From contig CAYPRI010000001.1 in the NCBI GenBank assembly GCA_964413085.1, positions 719 to 64,718 on the forward strand: a stretch of 64,000 nucleotides of DNA, written 5' to 3'. The translations under genes and the position numbers were made by a program. The stretch is from an uncultured Dehalococcoidales bacterium. Lineage in GTDB: Bacteria; Chloroflexota; Dehalococcoidia; GIF9; UBA5629. Below the pieces are notes generated by a model. That model was not told where the DNA came from. It was given only the letters and a program-made list of their open reading frames with translations, and searched no databases. Positions 1-9,976 of the stretch are shown here, piece after piece. Numbering within the stretch: position 1 is the stretch's first letter; every line of letters starts with the position of its first letter.

Positions 1-1287
1 TGCCCTCGCTGGCTACGAAAATAGCCTCAGGCGACAACTCAACCAGAGCACGATATCGGGCTTCGCTTTCTTGAAGTCTATCTTCAGCCCGTTTACGCTC
101 GGTGACATCGTTGCATATTGTTTGAACGAACTCCTTATCGCCGATTTTTGTCAATCTCGCGGTTAATAACGCATCATAAGTAGTGCCGTCATTACGCCTG
201 AGTTTAACCGGGTAATCCGTAATCCCACCATGTTGTCTTAGCGCCTGTAATAATGGCTCTCTGTCGTCCTTATTAACGTAAGTATCCGCCAGGTTGACCT
301 TAGCGAAGTCTTCAGCCGAGTATCCGGTAATTGTCTCCATTGCCTTGTTAAGGGTCACAACCTTTCCATCGATAGAGGAAAAACCGATTCCAAATGGGGC
401 ACTATCGAATATATGGCGATAATACTGTTCACTTTCCTGTAGCGCCTTTTCCAGTTTCCTGCGCTCGGTCATATCTTTAACATAAACACAGAGCCCGCTG
501 GCTGTTGGATAGGCACTGATATCAAAAACGTATTCCCTGTCACCTAGAGAATAATCATTAAAGAAATGTTGCGGCTCTTTGGTTGCCAGAGCCCTTCGAT
601 ACATATTTATAGCCATCCTCGTAGCTTCATTGTCTGAGAAAAGGTCATTTATGTTCTTGCCCAGTGCGTCTTTGGCTGCGATACCTGTAAGTTTCTCGTT
701 GGCCTTATTCCAGTATGTATACGTTAAATTTTCATCCAGGGCGAAGAAGACGTCCGTTATGCTCTCAGCAAGGTCCCTATATTTGGCTTCGCTTGCTACC
801 AAGGTCTGTTCCATCTTCTTCCACTCGGTAACATCGTTGACTAAATACATGAGAGCCGGTCTTCCTTCCCATATTAACTGAGACCATGAGAATTCAATCC
901 ACTTTACATTTCCACTTTTGTCTAAAATCCTCACGGGCAACATGGGGGTCGACTTATCTCCACTGAGCCTCTTAGAATAATTCTCCAATACAGTTTTACG
1001 ATCATCCAGGTGGACAAATTCAACGAAAGGCCTCGAAGTTAGCTCTTCTTCAGAATAACCGGTGATCTCCACGGCTCTGCGGTTACTGAATTTGGACATG
1101 TTATCTTGGACTACAACAATAATTTCGTTGGCATTATCTACTAGTGCCCTATATTTACTTTCTGATAACTGTAACTGTTCCTGGATATTTCTGCGTTCGG
1201 TCTCCGACGCTTCCAGTTCGGCGATTTTGTGTCGTAATTGTTCAATCTCCCTAACAAGCTGTCCGGTACCCTTGTCCACGTCCTTCA
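1..1287 (-). CDS. Multi-PAS-domain sensor protein, partial; C-terminus runs off the window start. ATG is the complement of 1285-1287, with RBS GGAGGTGG at 1291-1298.
   Basis: My own minus-strand translation gives MKDVDKGTGQLVREIEQLRHKIAELEAS... followed by repeated PAS-like blocks. It is not in the ORF track because it is truncated by the window edge. The + strand ORFs 579-881 and 1062-1304 are antisense to it. Confidence 0.7.
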
Positions 1288-1401
1288 TCTTCCACCTCCT
1301 ATAAATAGACTCACACTATTGTGATTACAGATGGAACTTACCTCTTGCTTCATTTCTACTCTATTCAATCCAATATGTCAACCGATAGAATTGAATGAAA
1401 C

Positions 1402-1430
1402 TTGACAAATCTCAGATAAACACTTAGAAT
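1402..1430 (+). promoter_or_regulatory. Sigma-70-type promoter: TTGACA (1402-1407), 17 nt spacer, TAGAAT (1425-1430).
   Basis: Near-consensus hexamers with 17-nt spacing directly upstream of the T-box leader. Confidence 0.5.
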
Positions 1431-1439
1431 ACTTGCCAA

Positions 1440-1725
1440 TTTAATAAGGTAAAGGCGAAGAACAGGACTAGTAAGCCTTTAAGCGAAGCTAAAGAGAGTC
1501 AGGCCAGGTGAAAGCTGACGTCGGCGCAAAGGCTGAATGGACCGGGGAGCTGCAAACCGAAAGGCTGAATCAGCACAAGTAGGCTTTGACGCAGAGGGTA
1601 GCGTTACTAAAACCCAGGGTATCGCTATAATACGTAGTGGTACCTGATGAGATGGTCGAAAGACCAATAAGGGTGGCACCGCGAAAATTGAGCCTCTCGC
1701 CCCTTAGGCGAGAGGCTTTATATTT
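1440..1725 (+). promoter_or_regulatory. T-box leader (tRNA-sensing transcription-attenuation riboswitch), probably Trp-specific.
   Basis: Conserved T-box sequence AAUAAGGGUGGCACCGCG at about 1666-1684. Terminator hairpin AGCCUCUCGCC-CCUUA-GGCGAGAGGCU at 1691-1716 followed by UUUAUAUUUU. The 5' arm of the terminator can alternatively pair with the T-box sequence to form the antiterminator. AGAGAG motif at about 1484. The downstream gene is trpB2. Confidence 0.75.
1691..1725 (+). terminator. Intrinsic terminator of the T-box leader (11-bp stem, 5-nt loop, U-tract).
   Basis: Perfect inverted repeat gcctctcgcc/ggcgagaggc followed by tttatatttt. Confidence 0.75.
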
Positions 1726-1830
1726 TGAAGGAGGTTATATATATGGCAATAAAAGGATGGATGTGGCCCGCTGAGGGCCAGTAATTATGTTTAAGATAAC
1801 AAAATTAATTACAAATCTGAAAGGAGAGAA

Positions 1831-3204
1831 ATGAAAGGTAAAGAGACCAAAATTATTTTAACCGAAAAGGAAATGCCAACAACTTGGTACAACGTCCTGC
1901 CGGACCTGCCTAAACCTCTGCCGCCATTGCTACATCCGGGGACAGGCCAGCCTACTCCATTGCCTCCTCCACTCTTCTCCAAAGGTATGCAGGAGCAGGA
2001 GTTCAGCACAGAGCATGATATCGAAATTCCGGATGAGGTGCTGGATATCTACAAACTGTGGAGGCCAACACCAGTAATCCGTGCCTATCGGCTGGAGAAG
2101 GCACTCGATACACCAGCTAAAATCTTCTACAAATATGAAGGCGTCAGCCCAGCCGGCAGCCACAAGCTGAACACGGCTGTGGCCCAGGCTTATTACGCCA
2201 GGCAAGATGGAATTAAGCGCTTTGCCACCGAGACCGGTGCCGGCCAGTGGGGCAGCGCCCTATCAATGGGCTGCGCTTTCTTCGGCTTAGAGTGCAAAGT
2301 CTATATGGTCAGGGTGAGCTACAACCAGAAGCCGTATCGTCGCATTCTGATGGAGACCTGGGGAGCCAAGTGTGTGGCCAGTCCTAGCCAGGATACCCAA
2401 ATAGGGCGCAAAATTCTAGAGGAAGACCCCAACTCACCTGGTAGTCTTGGTATCGCCATCAGCGAGGCAATTGAGGATGCTGGTCCCCGCGATGACACTT
2501 ATTATTCCATAGGCAGCGTCATCAACTCTGTTCTGCTCCATCAAACGATTATCGGCGAAGAAGCTAAAAAGCAGATGGAGAAGGCCGGCCTCTATCCCGA
2601 TATCATCGTAGGCTGTATCGGTGGCGGCAGCAACTTTGCGGGTATGTACCTGCCATTCGTCAAGGATAAAATAACGGGTAAAAAGCCAAACTTGCGCATC
2701 ATCAACGTAGAACCGCAAGCCTGTCCCAGCGTGACTAAAGGTCCTTATACATGGGATTACGGTGATGTAGCTGGAATGGCGCCAATTGCTAAAATGTATA
2801 CGCTAGGCCACACCTTCATACCACCAGGAATCCATGCTGGCGGTCTACGTTACCACGGCATGGCACCGATAATCTGCCATCTTCACAAGCTGGGATTTGT
2901 CGAAGCCAAGGCAGTACCACAGGTGGCAACCTTCCAGGCCGGCGTGCAGTTCGCTAGAACCGAGGGAATCATTCCCGCGCCGGAGCCGAACCACGGCATT
3001 AGAGTAGCCATAGACGAGGCACTGGCCTGCAAGAAGTCCGGAGAATCCAAGACCATACTCATCGCACTCAGCGGGCATGGACACTTCGACCTGGCCGCAT
3101 ACGATGAGTTTCTTAGCGGTAAGCTACAGGACTACGACTATCCTGAGGAGAAGGTGAAAGAGGCTTTAACCCATTTGCCTAAGGTAGAGTACGTAGAGAA
3201 ATAA
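1831..3204 (+). CDS. trpB: Tryptophan synthase beta chain, TrpB2 (long) type.
   Basis: 457 aa. Motifs [60 protein letters not shown] at 1818-1826. Confidence 0.9.
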   Translation: MKGKETKIILTEKEMPTTWYNVLPDLPKPLPPLLHPGTGQPTPLPPPLFSKGMQEQEFSTEHDIEIPDEVLDIYKLWRPTPVIRAYRLEKALDTPAKIFYKYEGVSPAGSHKLNTAVAQAYYARQDGIKRFATETGAGQWGSALSMGCAFFGLECKVYMVRVSYNQKPYRRILMETWGAKCVASPSQDTQIGRKILEEDPNSPGSLGIAISEAIEDAGPRDDTYYSIGSVINSVLLHQTIIGEEAKKQMEKAGLYPDIIVGCIGGGSNFAGMYLPFVKDKITGKKPNLRIINVEPQACPSVTKGPYTWDYGDVAGMAPIAKMYTLGHTFIPPGIHAGGLRYHGMAPIICHLHKLGFVEAKAVPQVATFQAGVQFARTEGIIPAPEPNHGIRVAIDEALACKKSGESKTILIALSGHGHFDLAAYDEFLSGKLQDYDYPEEKVKEALTHLPKVEYVEK

Positions 3205-3221
3205 TCATCGAACCACGAAGC

Positions 3222-3273
3222 TATATAATTATCCTTCCCCCTCACCCAGTCTGGGGGGAAGGATAATTATATA
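3222..3273. terminator. Bidirectional intrinsic terminator: perfect 20-bp inverted repeat with a 12-nt loop between convergent trpB2 and the MBL hydrolase gene.
   Basis: tatataattatccttccccc (3222-3241) pairs with gggggaaggataattatata (3254-3273). GC-rich top of the stem with an A/U-rich base on both strands. Confidence 0.6.
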
Positions 3274-4040
3274 TTAACCTTCATGTCTTCATGGCTTATA
3301 TCTATATTAGTTTTAAGCTCCCGGGCCACTTTTTTAATTTCATCCCGTATTTCTTTTTGGAACGCCGGTGGAACGTGATTAACTATTACCCTCGGCAAAT
3401 ATCCCTTAATCCGCCTAAACCTGGCAAGCTCTTCCATAAGTAGCTCTGGCGATAGATGCCCAACGCTTTTTAAAAAATCCTGAGTTTTATTGGGTCCTGA
3501 AACCTCAATTATCAGCAATTGAGGAGAAATACGTTCCCAGCACTCATCCAGTCCGGGACCCGTATCTCCCGTATAGAACAGACTCTTACCCTCCTTGGAC
3601 CTGACCAGAAAGCCTACTGCAGGCACTGAATGTTGTACCGGCACCGGTAACACCTCATAGCCCTCTATATTTCTTTGCTTTAGCGGCTTAATGACTTTAA
3701 GATTCAGAAATGGCCTGTCCGTTGAGGGCCATTTTGAGAAATCTGCATACATTTTACCGTCAAGAAGACAATCGTTAAGGATTTCAAGAGTATCACTCAA
3801 ACCAAAAATCTCAACCTGAGCCTGAAAATGGTAGCCGTTCGCTCCCAGAGTAACCAGGTCACGACTATGGTCAAAGTGGTGATGCGTTAACAAAACAACC
3901 CTTACTTTCTCCTGTTCGGAGAGTGAAAGGCTTGAAGTCAAACCACCGGCATCCAATGCCAGGACACTATCTATAAGTACGGACGCCATTCGCAATCCTT
4001 TGCCTTCACCACTGTGCGCACCCAGTATTCGTATTTCCAT
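3267..4040 (-). CDS. MBL-fold metallo-hydrolase.
   Basis: 257 aa with an HxHxDH motif (LLTHHHFDHSRD). Confidence 0.75.
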   Translation of the reverse strand: MEIRILGAHSGEGKGLRMASVLIDSVLALDAGGLTSSLSLSEQEKVRVVLLTHHHFDHSRDLVTLGANGYHFQAQVEIFGLSDTLEILNDCLLDGKMYADFSKWPSTDRPFLNLKVIKPLKQRNIEGYEVLPVPVQHSVPAVGFLVRSKEGKSLFYTGDTGPGLDECWERISPQLLIIEVSGPNKTQDFLKSVGHLSPELLMEELARFRRIKGYLPRVIVNHVPPAFQKEIRDEIKKVARELKTNIDISHEDMKVNI

Positions 4041-4211
4041 TTGCGTGACTCCGGCCAGAAAAGAAAATTGCTAATGGTAAATTCAGCGACAATGTATTCG
4101 TCTCATCAGTATATCATACATTAACTATGTGCCAAGTCTCAGGAGGCAAAGATTTCTTGTTGACAGATAACGTTTGTGCTAAAATTCCCGCACTTTAATC
4201 AGGAAGGGAAA

Positions 4212-5336
4212 ATGAAACGAGTTTTTATAGTTTTCTTACTATTGTGCTTAGTATTAATCATGGCGAGCTGCATTATTACGGTACCGAGGACGGTGCCGAC
4301 ACTTCCACAAAATCAGGCGCCGGCAACAACCACACCCAAGCAGCCACTAGATACAGGGTGGTTACCACCCCAACCACAGACCGAAGCACTTCTATTACCC
4401 AGCATTGCCGATGTGGTAGAAAAGGTCTATCCGTCGGTAGTTGCCATAAATACCGAGGTAGTTACGCTGGACATATTTCACACACCGTTGACTCAGAAAG
4501 GAGCCGGCTCGGGCTGGATTGTAGACAAAGACGGCATTATAGTGACCAATAACCATGTTGTTGAGGGAGCAAAAAAGGTCACCGTCGAACTCAGCGACGG
4601 CAGGACATTCGAGGCGAATCCCAACAACATACATACAGACGCTTTAACAGATCTGGCCGTTATTAAAATCAACGCTACAGACTTGCCGGCCGCCGGTATC
4701 GGTGACTCGACCAAGCTAAGAGTTGGGGACTGGGTAGTAGCCCTGGGCAATCCTTTGGGTGAAGGAATTAGGGCAAAGGAAGGTACAGTAAGCGGTCTGA
4801 AGGTGTCTCTCGACGTAGAACAGGGACAGACTCTGGACGACTTAATAGAAACGTCGGCAGCTATCAACCCTGGTAATAGCGGTGGCCCTCTGGTTAATAT
4901 GAAAGGTGAGGTCATCGGAATTACAAGTGCCAAAGTAGCTGCAGTTGGAGTTGAAGGTTTGGGCTATGCTATAAGCAGCAAAACGGCATTACCAATTATC
5001 GAACAACTAATCACGCAGGGCTTCATAGTCCGTCCCTGGCTTGGAGTCACTCTGTACACCGTCGACCAGTATGTGGCTATGATTAACCACTTGCCCGTTG
5101 ATAAGGGTGTAGTTGTAGCTTACGTGAGACCGGGCTCGCCAGCAGCCGAGGCCGGCCTACAGGAGCTTGATGTTATCACTAAATTCAAGGGCAAGGACGT
5201 TACTACAGCAGAAGAATTAATAAATGCCATTCACGACTCTAATATTGGTGATGAGGTATCTATAACTTTTGTCAGGGGCAATATCACTAAGACAATCACC
5301 GCCCGTTTAATCCAAAGCCCTGCTCCAGGTAGCTAA
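4212..5336 (+). CDS. htrA: HtrA/DegP-family trypsin-like serine protease with a C-terminal PDZ domain.
   Basis: GNSGGPLVN serine motif, TNNHVV His motif, N-terminal signal/TM segment. Start chosen at ATG 4212 behind RBS GGAAGGG; the track ORF starts at 4176. Confidence 0.85.
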   Translation: MKRVFIVFLLLCLVLIMASCIITVPRTVPTLPQNQAPATTTPKQPLDTGWLPPQPQTEALLLPSIADVVEKVYPSVVAINTEVVTLDIFHTPLTQKGAGSGWIVDKDGIIVTNNHVVEGAKKVTVELSDGRTFEANPNNIHTDALTDLAVIKINATDLPAAGIGDSTKLRVGDWVVALGNPLGEGIRAKEGTVSGLKVSLDVEQGQTLDDLIETSAAINPGNSGGPLVNMKGEVIGITSAKVAAVGVEGLGYAISSKTALPIIEQLITQGFIVRPWLGVTLYTVDQYVAMINHLPVDKGVVVAYVRPGSPAAEAGLQELDVITKFKGKDVTTAEELINAIHDSNIGDEVSITFVRGNITKTITARLIQSPAPGS

Positions 5337-5368
5337 AAAGGTGGTGGACGGCCGCACATGCTGGCACC

Positions 5369-8300
5369 TTAACCCGCCTTCTTGATACCGAGGGATATAT
5401 TGTAACCGGAAATACGAAACTTCTCAGTATAACTGCCGTCCGGGGACTCAGCGGAAACCAACTCCAGCGTCAAAGTTTCTTGCTTGATATAGTCGGCAAA
5501 CATTGCTACGACCCGCTCCAGTGCATCTCCGCCTTGATAATAGGTAACTATGTGGTCAGTTATATCCAGACCAGCTGAACGTCGCATAGTCTGCACTCGC
5601 CTCACCAGCTCACGGGCTATGCCCTCAGCTTCCAATTCAGGAGATAACTCGGTTGCCACAGCCACTGCATAATCGCCTTCAGTTGCAGAAACATAACCTG
5701 GTCTGTCAGTGCTTTCTAAAGCTCCCTGGAAATCAACCTCTTTCACGTTGAGTTCGTCCAATATCTGATGATTTAGTTTTTTCAGCGCTTTTATTTCACT
5801 CGCTGACCTGACCTTGACCAATGCCTTGGCCAAAGGCTGCCTCACTTTTATATTTGCTTTAGCTCTGGCAGCGCGACCAAGACTGCAAACGGTCATAACG
5901 GCATTAGTAGCTTCGACAAGTTTCTCGTCTATTTGAGCGGGATCTGAAACAGGGAAATCCGTTAAATGTACGCTTTCCACGGCTTCGGTTTCGACTGACC
6001 CAACCAGATTGCCATAAATCTCTTCGGCAACAAAAGGCATAAAAGGGGCTAGCAATTTTGACAGGGTAACCAGACATTGGTACAAAGTTGAATACGCTGC
6101 CAGCTTGTCAGCATCGCTCTGGCTTTTCCAAAAACGTCGACGGCTACGTCTCACGTACCAATTAGAAAGCTCGTCAATAAATACTTCAAGCTTTCGGCCG
6201 GCCAGGGTAGGGTCATAATTTTCCAGCGCTACATCTACATCGGCCACCAGTTGATTAAGCCTGGAAAGCACCCACCTGTCTAAATCGGAAAGCGATAGCT
6301 TACCAGCCGATTTCGGGTTGAACTGGTCTATGTTTGCGTAGACAACAAAAAATGAATATATATTCCATAAGGTAAGCAGTAGATTGCGTAATACTTCGCC
6401 TACGGCCTCTCCGGAAAAACGTCGGACATTGCCGGCGGGCGCTGATGTGAATAGATACCATCTCAAAGCATCAGCGCCGTATTTGTTAATAATGGACCAC
6501 GGGTCGACCACATTCCCCTTAGCTTTGCTCATCTTCTCGCCCTCGGCATCCAGAATATGTCCCAGGCAGATTACATTTTTAAAGCAGGACTGTTCAAAAA
6601 GTAAAGTCGATATAGCATGCAGGCTATAAAACCATCCTCGTGTCTGGTCAACCGCTTCAGATATAAAGTCCGCCGGAAAGCTACGTTTAAAGGTGTCCTG
6701 ATTTTCGAACGGATAATGCCATTGCGCGAAAGGCATGGCACCTGAGTCGAACCAGCAGTCGATTACTTCTGTTTGCCGAACCATCTTACCTTTGCATTTA
6801 TTGCAGGAAAAAGTAATTCCGTCTGCATAAGGCCGGTGCAGGTCCAGCGGTTCTACCATGCCCATAACATCCGGTTTTTGTTTCAGCTCGTCAATGCTGC
6901 CAACACATTCATAATTACCGCATTTTGAGCAATGCCATATATTAAGCGGAGTTCCCCAGTAACGCTCCCTGGAGAAAGCCCAATCGACGTTGTTCTCCAA
7001 CCAATTGCCGAATCGACCGTATTTTATGTGCGCCGGGTACCAGCTGATCTCATCATTTCCCGAAAGAAGCGCCTCTTTCTTGACAGATGTCCTTATATAC
7101 CAGGTTCTTTTCGCGTAATAGAGAAGAGGTGCCTCACAGCGCCAGCAAAAGGGGTAGGTATGAACAATTTTTCCACTTCGATACAGAAGGCCCCTCTCTT
7201 TTAGATCTTCCAGAACAAGAGGGTCAGCATCCTTAACAAACTTGCCGGCAAAAGAAAAAGTCCCGGTTACTTTCCCATCCAGGTCTATGGGCTGTACAAA
7301 ATCCAAACCTTCGTTTTTCCCGGCCTCGAAATCGATTTCACCAAAGGCAGGTGCGATATGGACGATACCCGTACCCTCTTCCATAGATACAAAATCCCCT
7401 GAGATTACGCGGTATGTCAGATTTTCGTCCGCTGGTTCCAAGGTCAACATTTCATAGGAGAGATTTTCATCCGCGGCACGAGCACCAAACCGCCTTCTTT
7501 CAACACTGAACCTGTGCGGATTATATAACGGCTCGTACCGCAGCCCTACCAGTTCCTTGCCGGGTACAATAGTTTTCGATTCACATCCCTCCAGACCAAC
7601 CTTTTCTGCCAGTGCTGTGGCTAAAATAAGGTAGTCATCATCGCCTTCCATTATGCTGTACTGAGCATCCGGAGCCACAGCCAGAGCAGTATTTCCAGGT
7701 AACGTCCATGGCGTGGTCGTCCAGGCTAATAAAAATACTGGTTTATCCGCCGGATGGATGGCCATAAAACTCTTTAAACCATGAATCGAACCAGGAACAA
7801 CTTTAAACTTTATGTAAACCGAGGGATCTTCGGCATCATCCCTGTAGCCCAGAGCCACCTCGTGTGAGCTTAAAGACGTTCCGCATCGCGGGCAATGCGG
7901 TGTGACTCTATAACCCTGATATATTAAGTTTTTATCCCAGAGTTGCTTCAACGCCCACCAGCAGGACTCGATGTAAGTATTGTCCAGAGTCTTGTAGGCA
8001 TGTTCCAAGTCAAGCCAGAATGCTATCCGTTCCGTCATAGAGTCCCATTCCTTAAGATAGCTGAAAACACTCTCACGGCACAGTGCGTTAAATTTGGCTA
8101 TGCCGTATTTTTCGATCTGTCCCTTGGCGGTAAAACCCAACCTCTTTTCAATTTCCAGCTCTACAGGAAGCCCGTGCGTGTCCCAACCTGCCTTACGAGG
8201 AACATAGTAGTTTTTCATCGTTTTGTATCTGGGGATGACATCTTTAAATACGCGTGACAGTACATGATGAATACCAGGACTGCCGTTAGCTGTAGGTGGA

Positions 8301-8437
8301 CCCTCGTAAAACGTAAACTGCGGACGGCCGAGCCGATTCTTAAGGCTTTTATGGAAGATTTGGTGTGTTTTCCAGAAATCGAGGACGGTCTTTTCTAACT
8401 CGGGAAAATTAACTTTAGCGTCTACCGGTTGGAACAT
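5369..8437 (-). CDS. ileS: Isoleucyl-tRNA synthetase, type 2 (eukaryote-like).
   Basis: 1022 aa with an HIGH-class motif (PGIHHVLSR), KMSKS (KMSKAKGN), and the editing and anticodon-binding regions. Confidence 0.9.
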   Translation of the reverse strand: MFQPVDAKVNFPELEKTVLDFWKTHQIFHKSLKNRLGRPQFTFYEGPPTANGSPGIHHVLSRVFKDVIPRYKTMKNYYVPRKAGWDTHGLPVELEIEKRLGFTAKGQIEKYGIAKFNALCRESVFSYLKEWDSMTERIAFWLDLEHAYKTLDNTYIESCWWALKQLWDKNLIYQGYRVTPHCPRCGTSLSSHEVALGYRDDAEDPSVYIKFKVVPGSIHGLKSFMAIHPADKPVFLLAWTTTPWTLPGNTALAVAPDAQYSIMEGDDDYLILATALAEKVGLEGCESKTIVPGKELVGLRYEPLYNPHRFSVERRRFGARAADENLSYEMLTLEPADENLTYRVISGDFVSMEEGTGIVHIAPAFGEIDFEAGKNEGLDFVQPIDLDGKVTGTFSFAGKFVKDADPLVLEDLKERGLLYRSGKIVHTYPFCWRCEAPLLYYAKRTWYIRTSVKKEALLSGNDEISWYPAHIKYGRFGNWLENNVDWAFSRERYWGTPLNIWHCSKCGNYECVGSIDELKQKPDVMGMVEPLDLHRPYADGITFSCNKCKGKMVRQTEVIDCWFDSGAMPFAQWHYPFENQDTFKRSFPADFISEAVDQTRGWFYSLHAISTLLFEQSCFKNVICLGHILDAEGEKMSKAKGNVVDPWSIINKYGADALRWYLFTSAPAGNVRRFSGEAVGEVLRNLLLTLWNIYSFFVVYANIDQFNPKSAGKLSLSDLDRWVLSRLNQLVADVDVALENYDPTLAGRKLEVFIDELSNWYVRRSRRRFWKSQSDADKLAAYSTLYQCLVTLSKLLAPFMPFVAEEIYGNLVGSVETEAVESVHLTDFPVSDPAQIDEKLVEATNAVMTVCSLGRAARAKANIKVRQPLAKALVKVRSASEIKALKKLNHQILDELNVKEVDFQGALESTDRPGYVSATEGDYAVAVATELSPELEAEGIARELVRRVQTMRRSAGLDITDHIVTYYQGGDALERVVAMFADYIKQETLTLELVSAESPDGSYTEKFRISGYNISLGIKKAG

Positions 8438-8439
8438 GC

Positions 8440-9099
8440 TTAGTGTTTCTTTAATAGAATGGCAACTTTCCGCATCTCACCTTCGCCCATGCTTTGTGTA
8501 ATAACATCCGGATGATCAGTTAACGTTAAATGAATAATGCGCCGCTCGTCTGCGGGCATGGGTTCAAGCATAATCAAACGCCGGTTCCTCTTGACCTGAT
8601 CCGCCAGGCGCAGGGCTAGATTCCGCAATGATTCGTACCGGCGTTTCTTATACCCGGCTATATCTATGTTGATCGGTACCCAGACCTTTAATTTCTCAGC
8701 AACTATCAACCTTATGACGTACTGAAGCGATGCCAGGGTTTGACCACGGCGACCAATTAGTACGCCAAGGTCCTCGCCTTCGATATTTAGTGCCACTGGT
8801 AGTTCACCTGCATTTCCCTGAACCACAGAGACTTCTGCCGTCAGCTTCATCATATTAATTAGAGTCTCCAAAACTTCCCGGGCCACCTCTACCGCATTAA
8901 CTTTTTCCCCGTCTTCCATTTTCAATCTGACTTTAATTTTAGCTTCCTCGACACCCATACCAAGGACCCCCGACCTGCCTTTTTTCAACACCGTTACTTC
9001 CACCTTATCCTCGCTGACACCCAATTGCTCCAGTGCCATCTGAATCGCTTCATCAACAGTTTTTCCGGTTACTTCCAACTCTTTCATCTTCCGAACCAA
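8440..9099 (-). CDS. jag: Jag/KhpB RNA-binding protein (KH plus R3H domains).
   Basis: 219 aa immediately downstream of yidC, in the conserved rnpA-yidC-jag order. Confidence 0.8.
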   Translation of the reverse strand: MVRKMKELEVTGKTVDEAIQMALEQLGVSEDKVEVTVLKKGRSGVLGMGVEEAKIKVRLKMEDGEKVNAVEVAREVLETLINMMKLTAEVSVVQGNAGELPVALNIEGEDLGVLIGRRGQTLASLQYVIRLIVAEKLKVWVPINIDIAGYKKRRYESLRNLALRLADQVKRNRRLIMLEPMPADERRIIHLTLTDHPDVITQSMGEGEMRKVAILLKKH

Positions 9100-9968
9100 C
9101 CTCGCTTCTTCTCTTCTGACGCTTTCTTTATAGACTTCGATTCTTCCGTAGCCTGTTGCAGCATCTTCGATGGCTGTGCTGTAGGTGCTTTTTGAGGTGG
9201 CAGTTCTTTTTGAACTGGTGCCGGCGCTGTTACAGGTTTAGGGGCCGATGGAGTTCTAAGATAGCCCCAGCCATGCCCAATAAAATACTGGATTACAATC
9301 CCAATAATATTTGAAACCACCCAGTATAAAGCCAGACCACTGGGGAAAGACAGGGTAAATAATCCAAACATAAGTGGCATCATCGTCGTAGTAAGACTGG
9401 TCATTTGCCTCTGCCTAGGGTCGGTAGCCGGCGGCGTCACCATCTTCTGCTGCACCCACATGGTACCGCCAACCAATATGGCCAGTATCAGATTTGGATC
9501 CGGTTTGGACAGATGCAACCACAGAAACTGGTCATTCAACGGTATGGTGTGGCCAATTGCTGCCCAGGAATATAGGTGCTGTGATAAATTCAATAAGCTC
9601 TCGGGGGTAGCGCCCAACGCTTGCATGATGGACTGATACAGAGCTATCCATATAGGTAATTGTATCAGCAAAGGCCAGATACAACCCAGAGGATTAATCC
9701 CGGCCTCACGATATATCTTCATCATTTCTTGCTGCAGTTTCTGCTGGTTCTTGGCATATTTCTTCTGTAGCTCTTGAATCTTTGGCTGCAACGTCTGCAT
9801 TGCCATAGTCGATTTAGTTTGTCGTACAGTAAGTGGGAATAGTATCAAACGCACAACAACCGTAAGCACGATAATCGATAATCCGAAGCTGCCGCCCAGC
9901 AAATTGGTCAGTGCAATCAGACTATTGAGCACCGGCTCAAGGATTATAGTATTCCAAATAGCAGTCAT
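9084..9968 (-). CDS. yidC: Membrane protein insertase YidC (short form).
   Basis: 294 aa polytopic membrane protein in the conserved position downstream of rnpA/yidD. Confidence 0.85.
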   Translation of the reverse strand: MTAIWNTIILEPVLNSLIALTNLLGGSFGLSIIVLTVVVRLILFPLTVRQTKSTMAMQTLQPKIQELQKKYAKNQQKLQQEMMKIYREAGINPLGCIWPLLIQLPIWIALYQSIMQALGATPESLLNLSQHLYSWAAIGHTIPLNDQFLWLHLSKPDPNLILAILVGGTMWVQQKMVTPPATDPRQRQMTSLTTTMMPLMFGLFTLSFPSGLALYWVVSNIIGIVIQYFIGHGWGYLRTPSAPKPVTAPAPVQKELPPQKAPTAQPSKMLQQATEESKSIKKASEEKKRGWFGR

Positions 9969-9976
9969 AACTTACT

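Noticed and set aside
579-1304. Plus-strand ORFs 579-881 and 1062-1304.
   Set aside because: They are antisense to a continuous minus-strand multi-PAS sensor gene that has an RBS and ATG at 1287. Their composition is low-complexity and they match no known family.
1479-1679. Minus-strand 66-aa ORF.
   Set aside because: It lies entirely inside the T-box leader RNA on the opposite strand.
4244-4933. ORFs 4244-4552 (+), 4395-4634 (-) and 4493-4933 (-).
   Set aside because: All of them overlap the well-supported htrA reading frame and have no homology signal.
5337-5369. Possible terminator hairpin between convergent htrA and ileS (AAGGTG ... CACCTT).
   Set aside because: It has only a 6-bp stem with a loop of about 19 nt and no U-tract, which is too weak to call.
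5369-8437. Several plus-strand ORFs of 70 to 104 aa inside ileS.
   Set aside because: They are antisense to a 1022-aa IleRS with all its catalytic motifs, so they are spurious.
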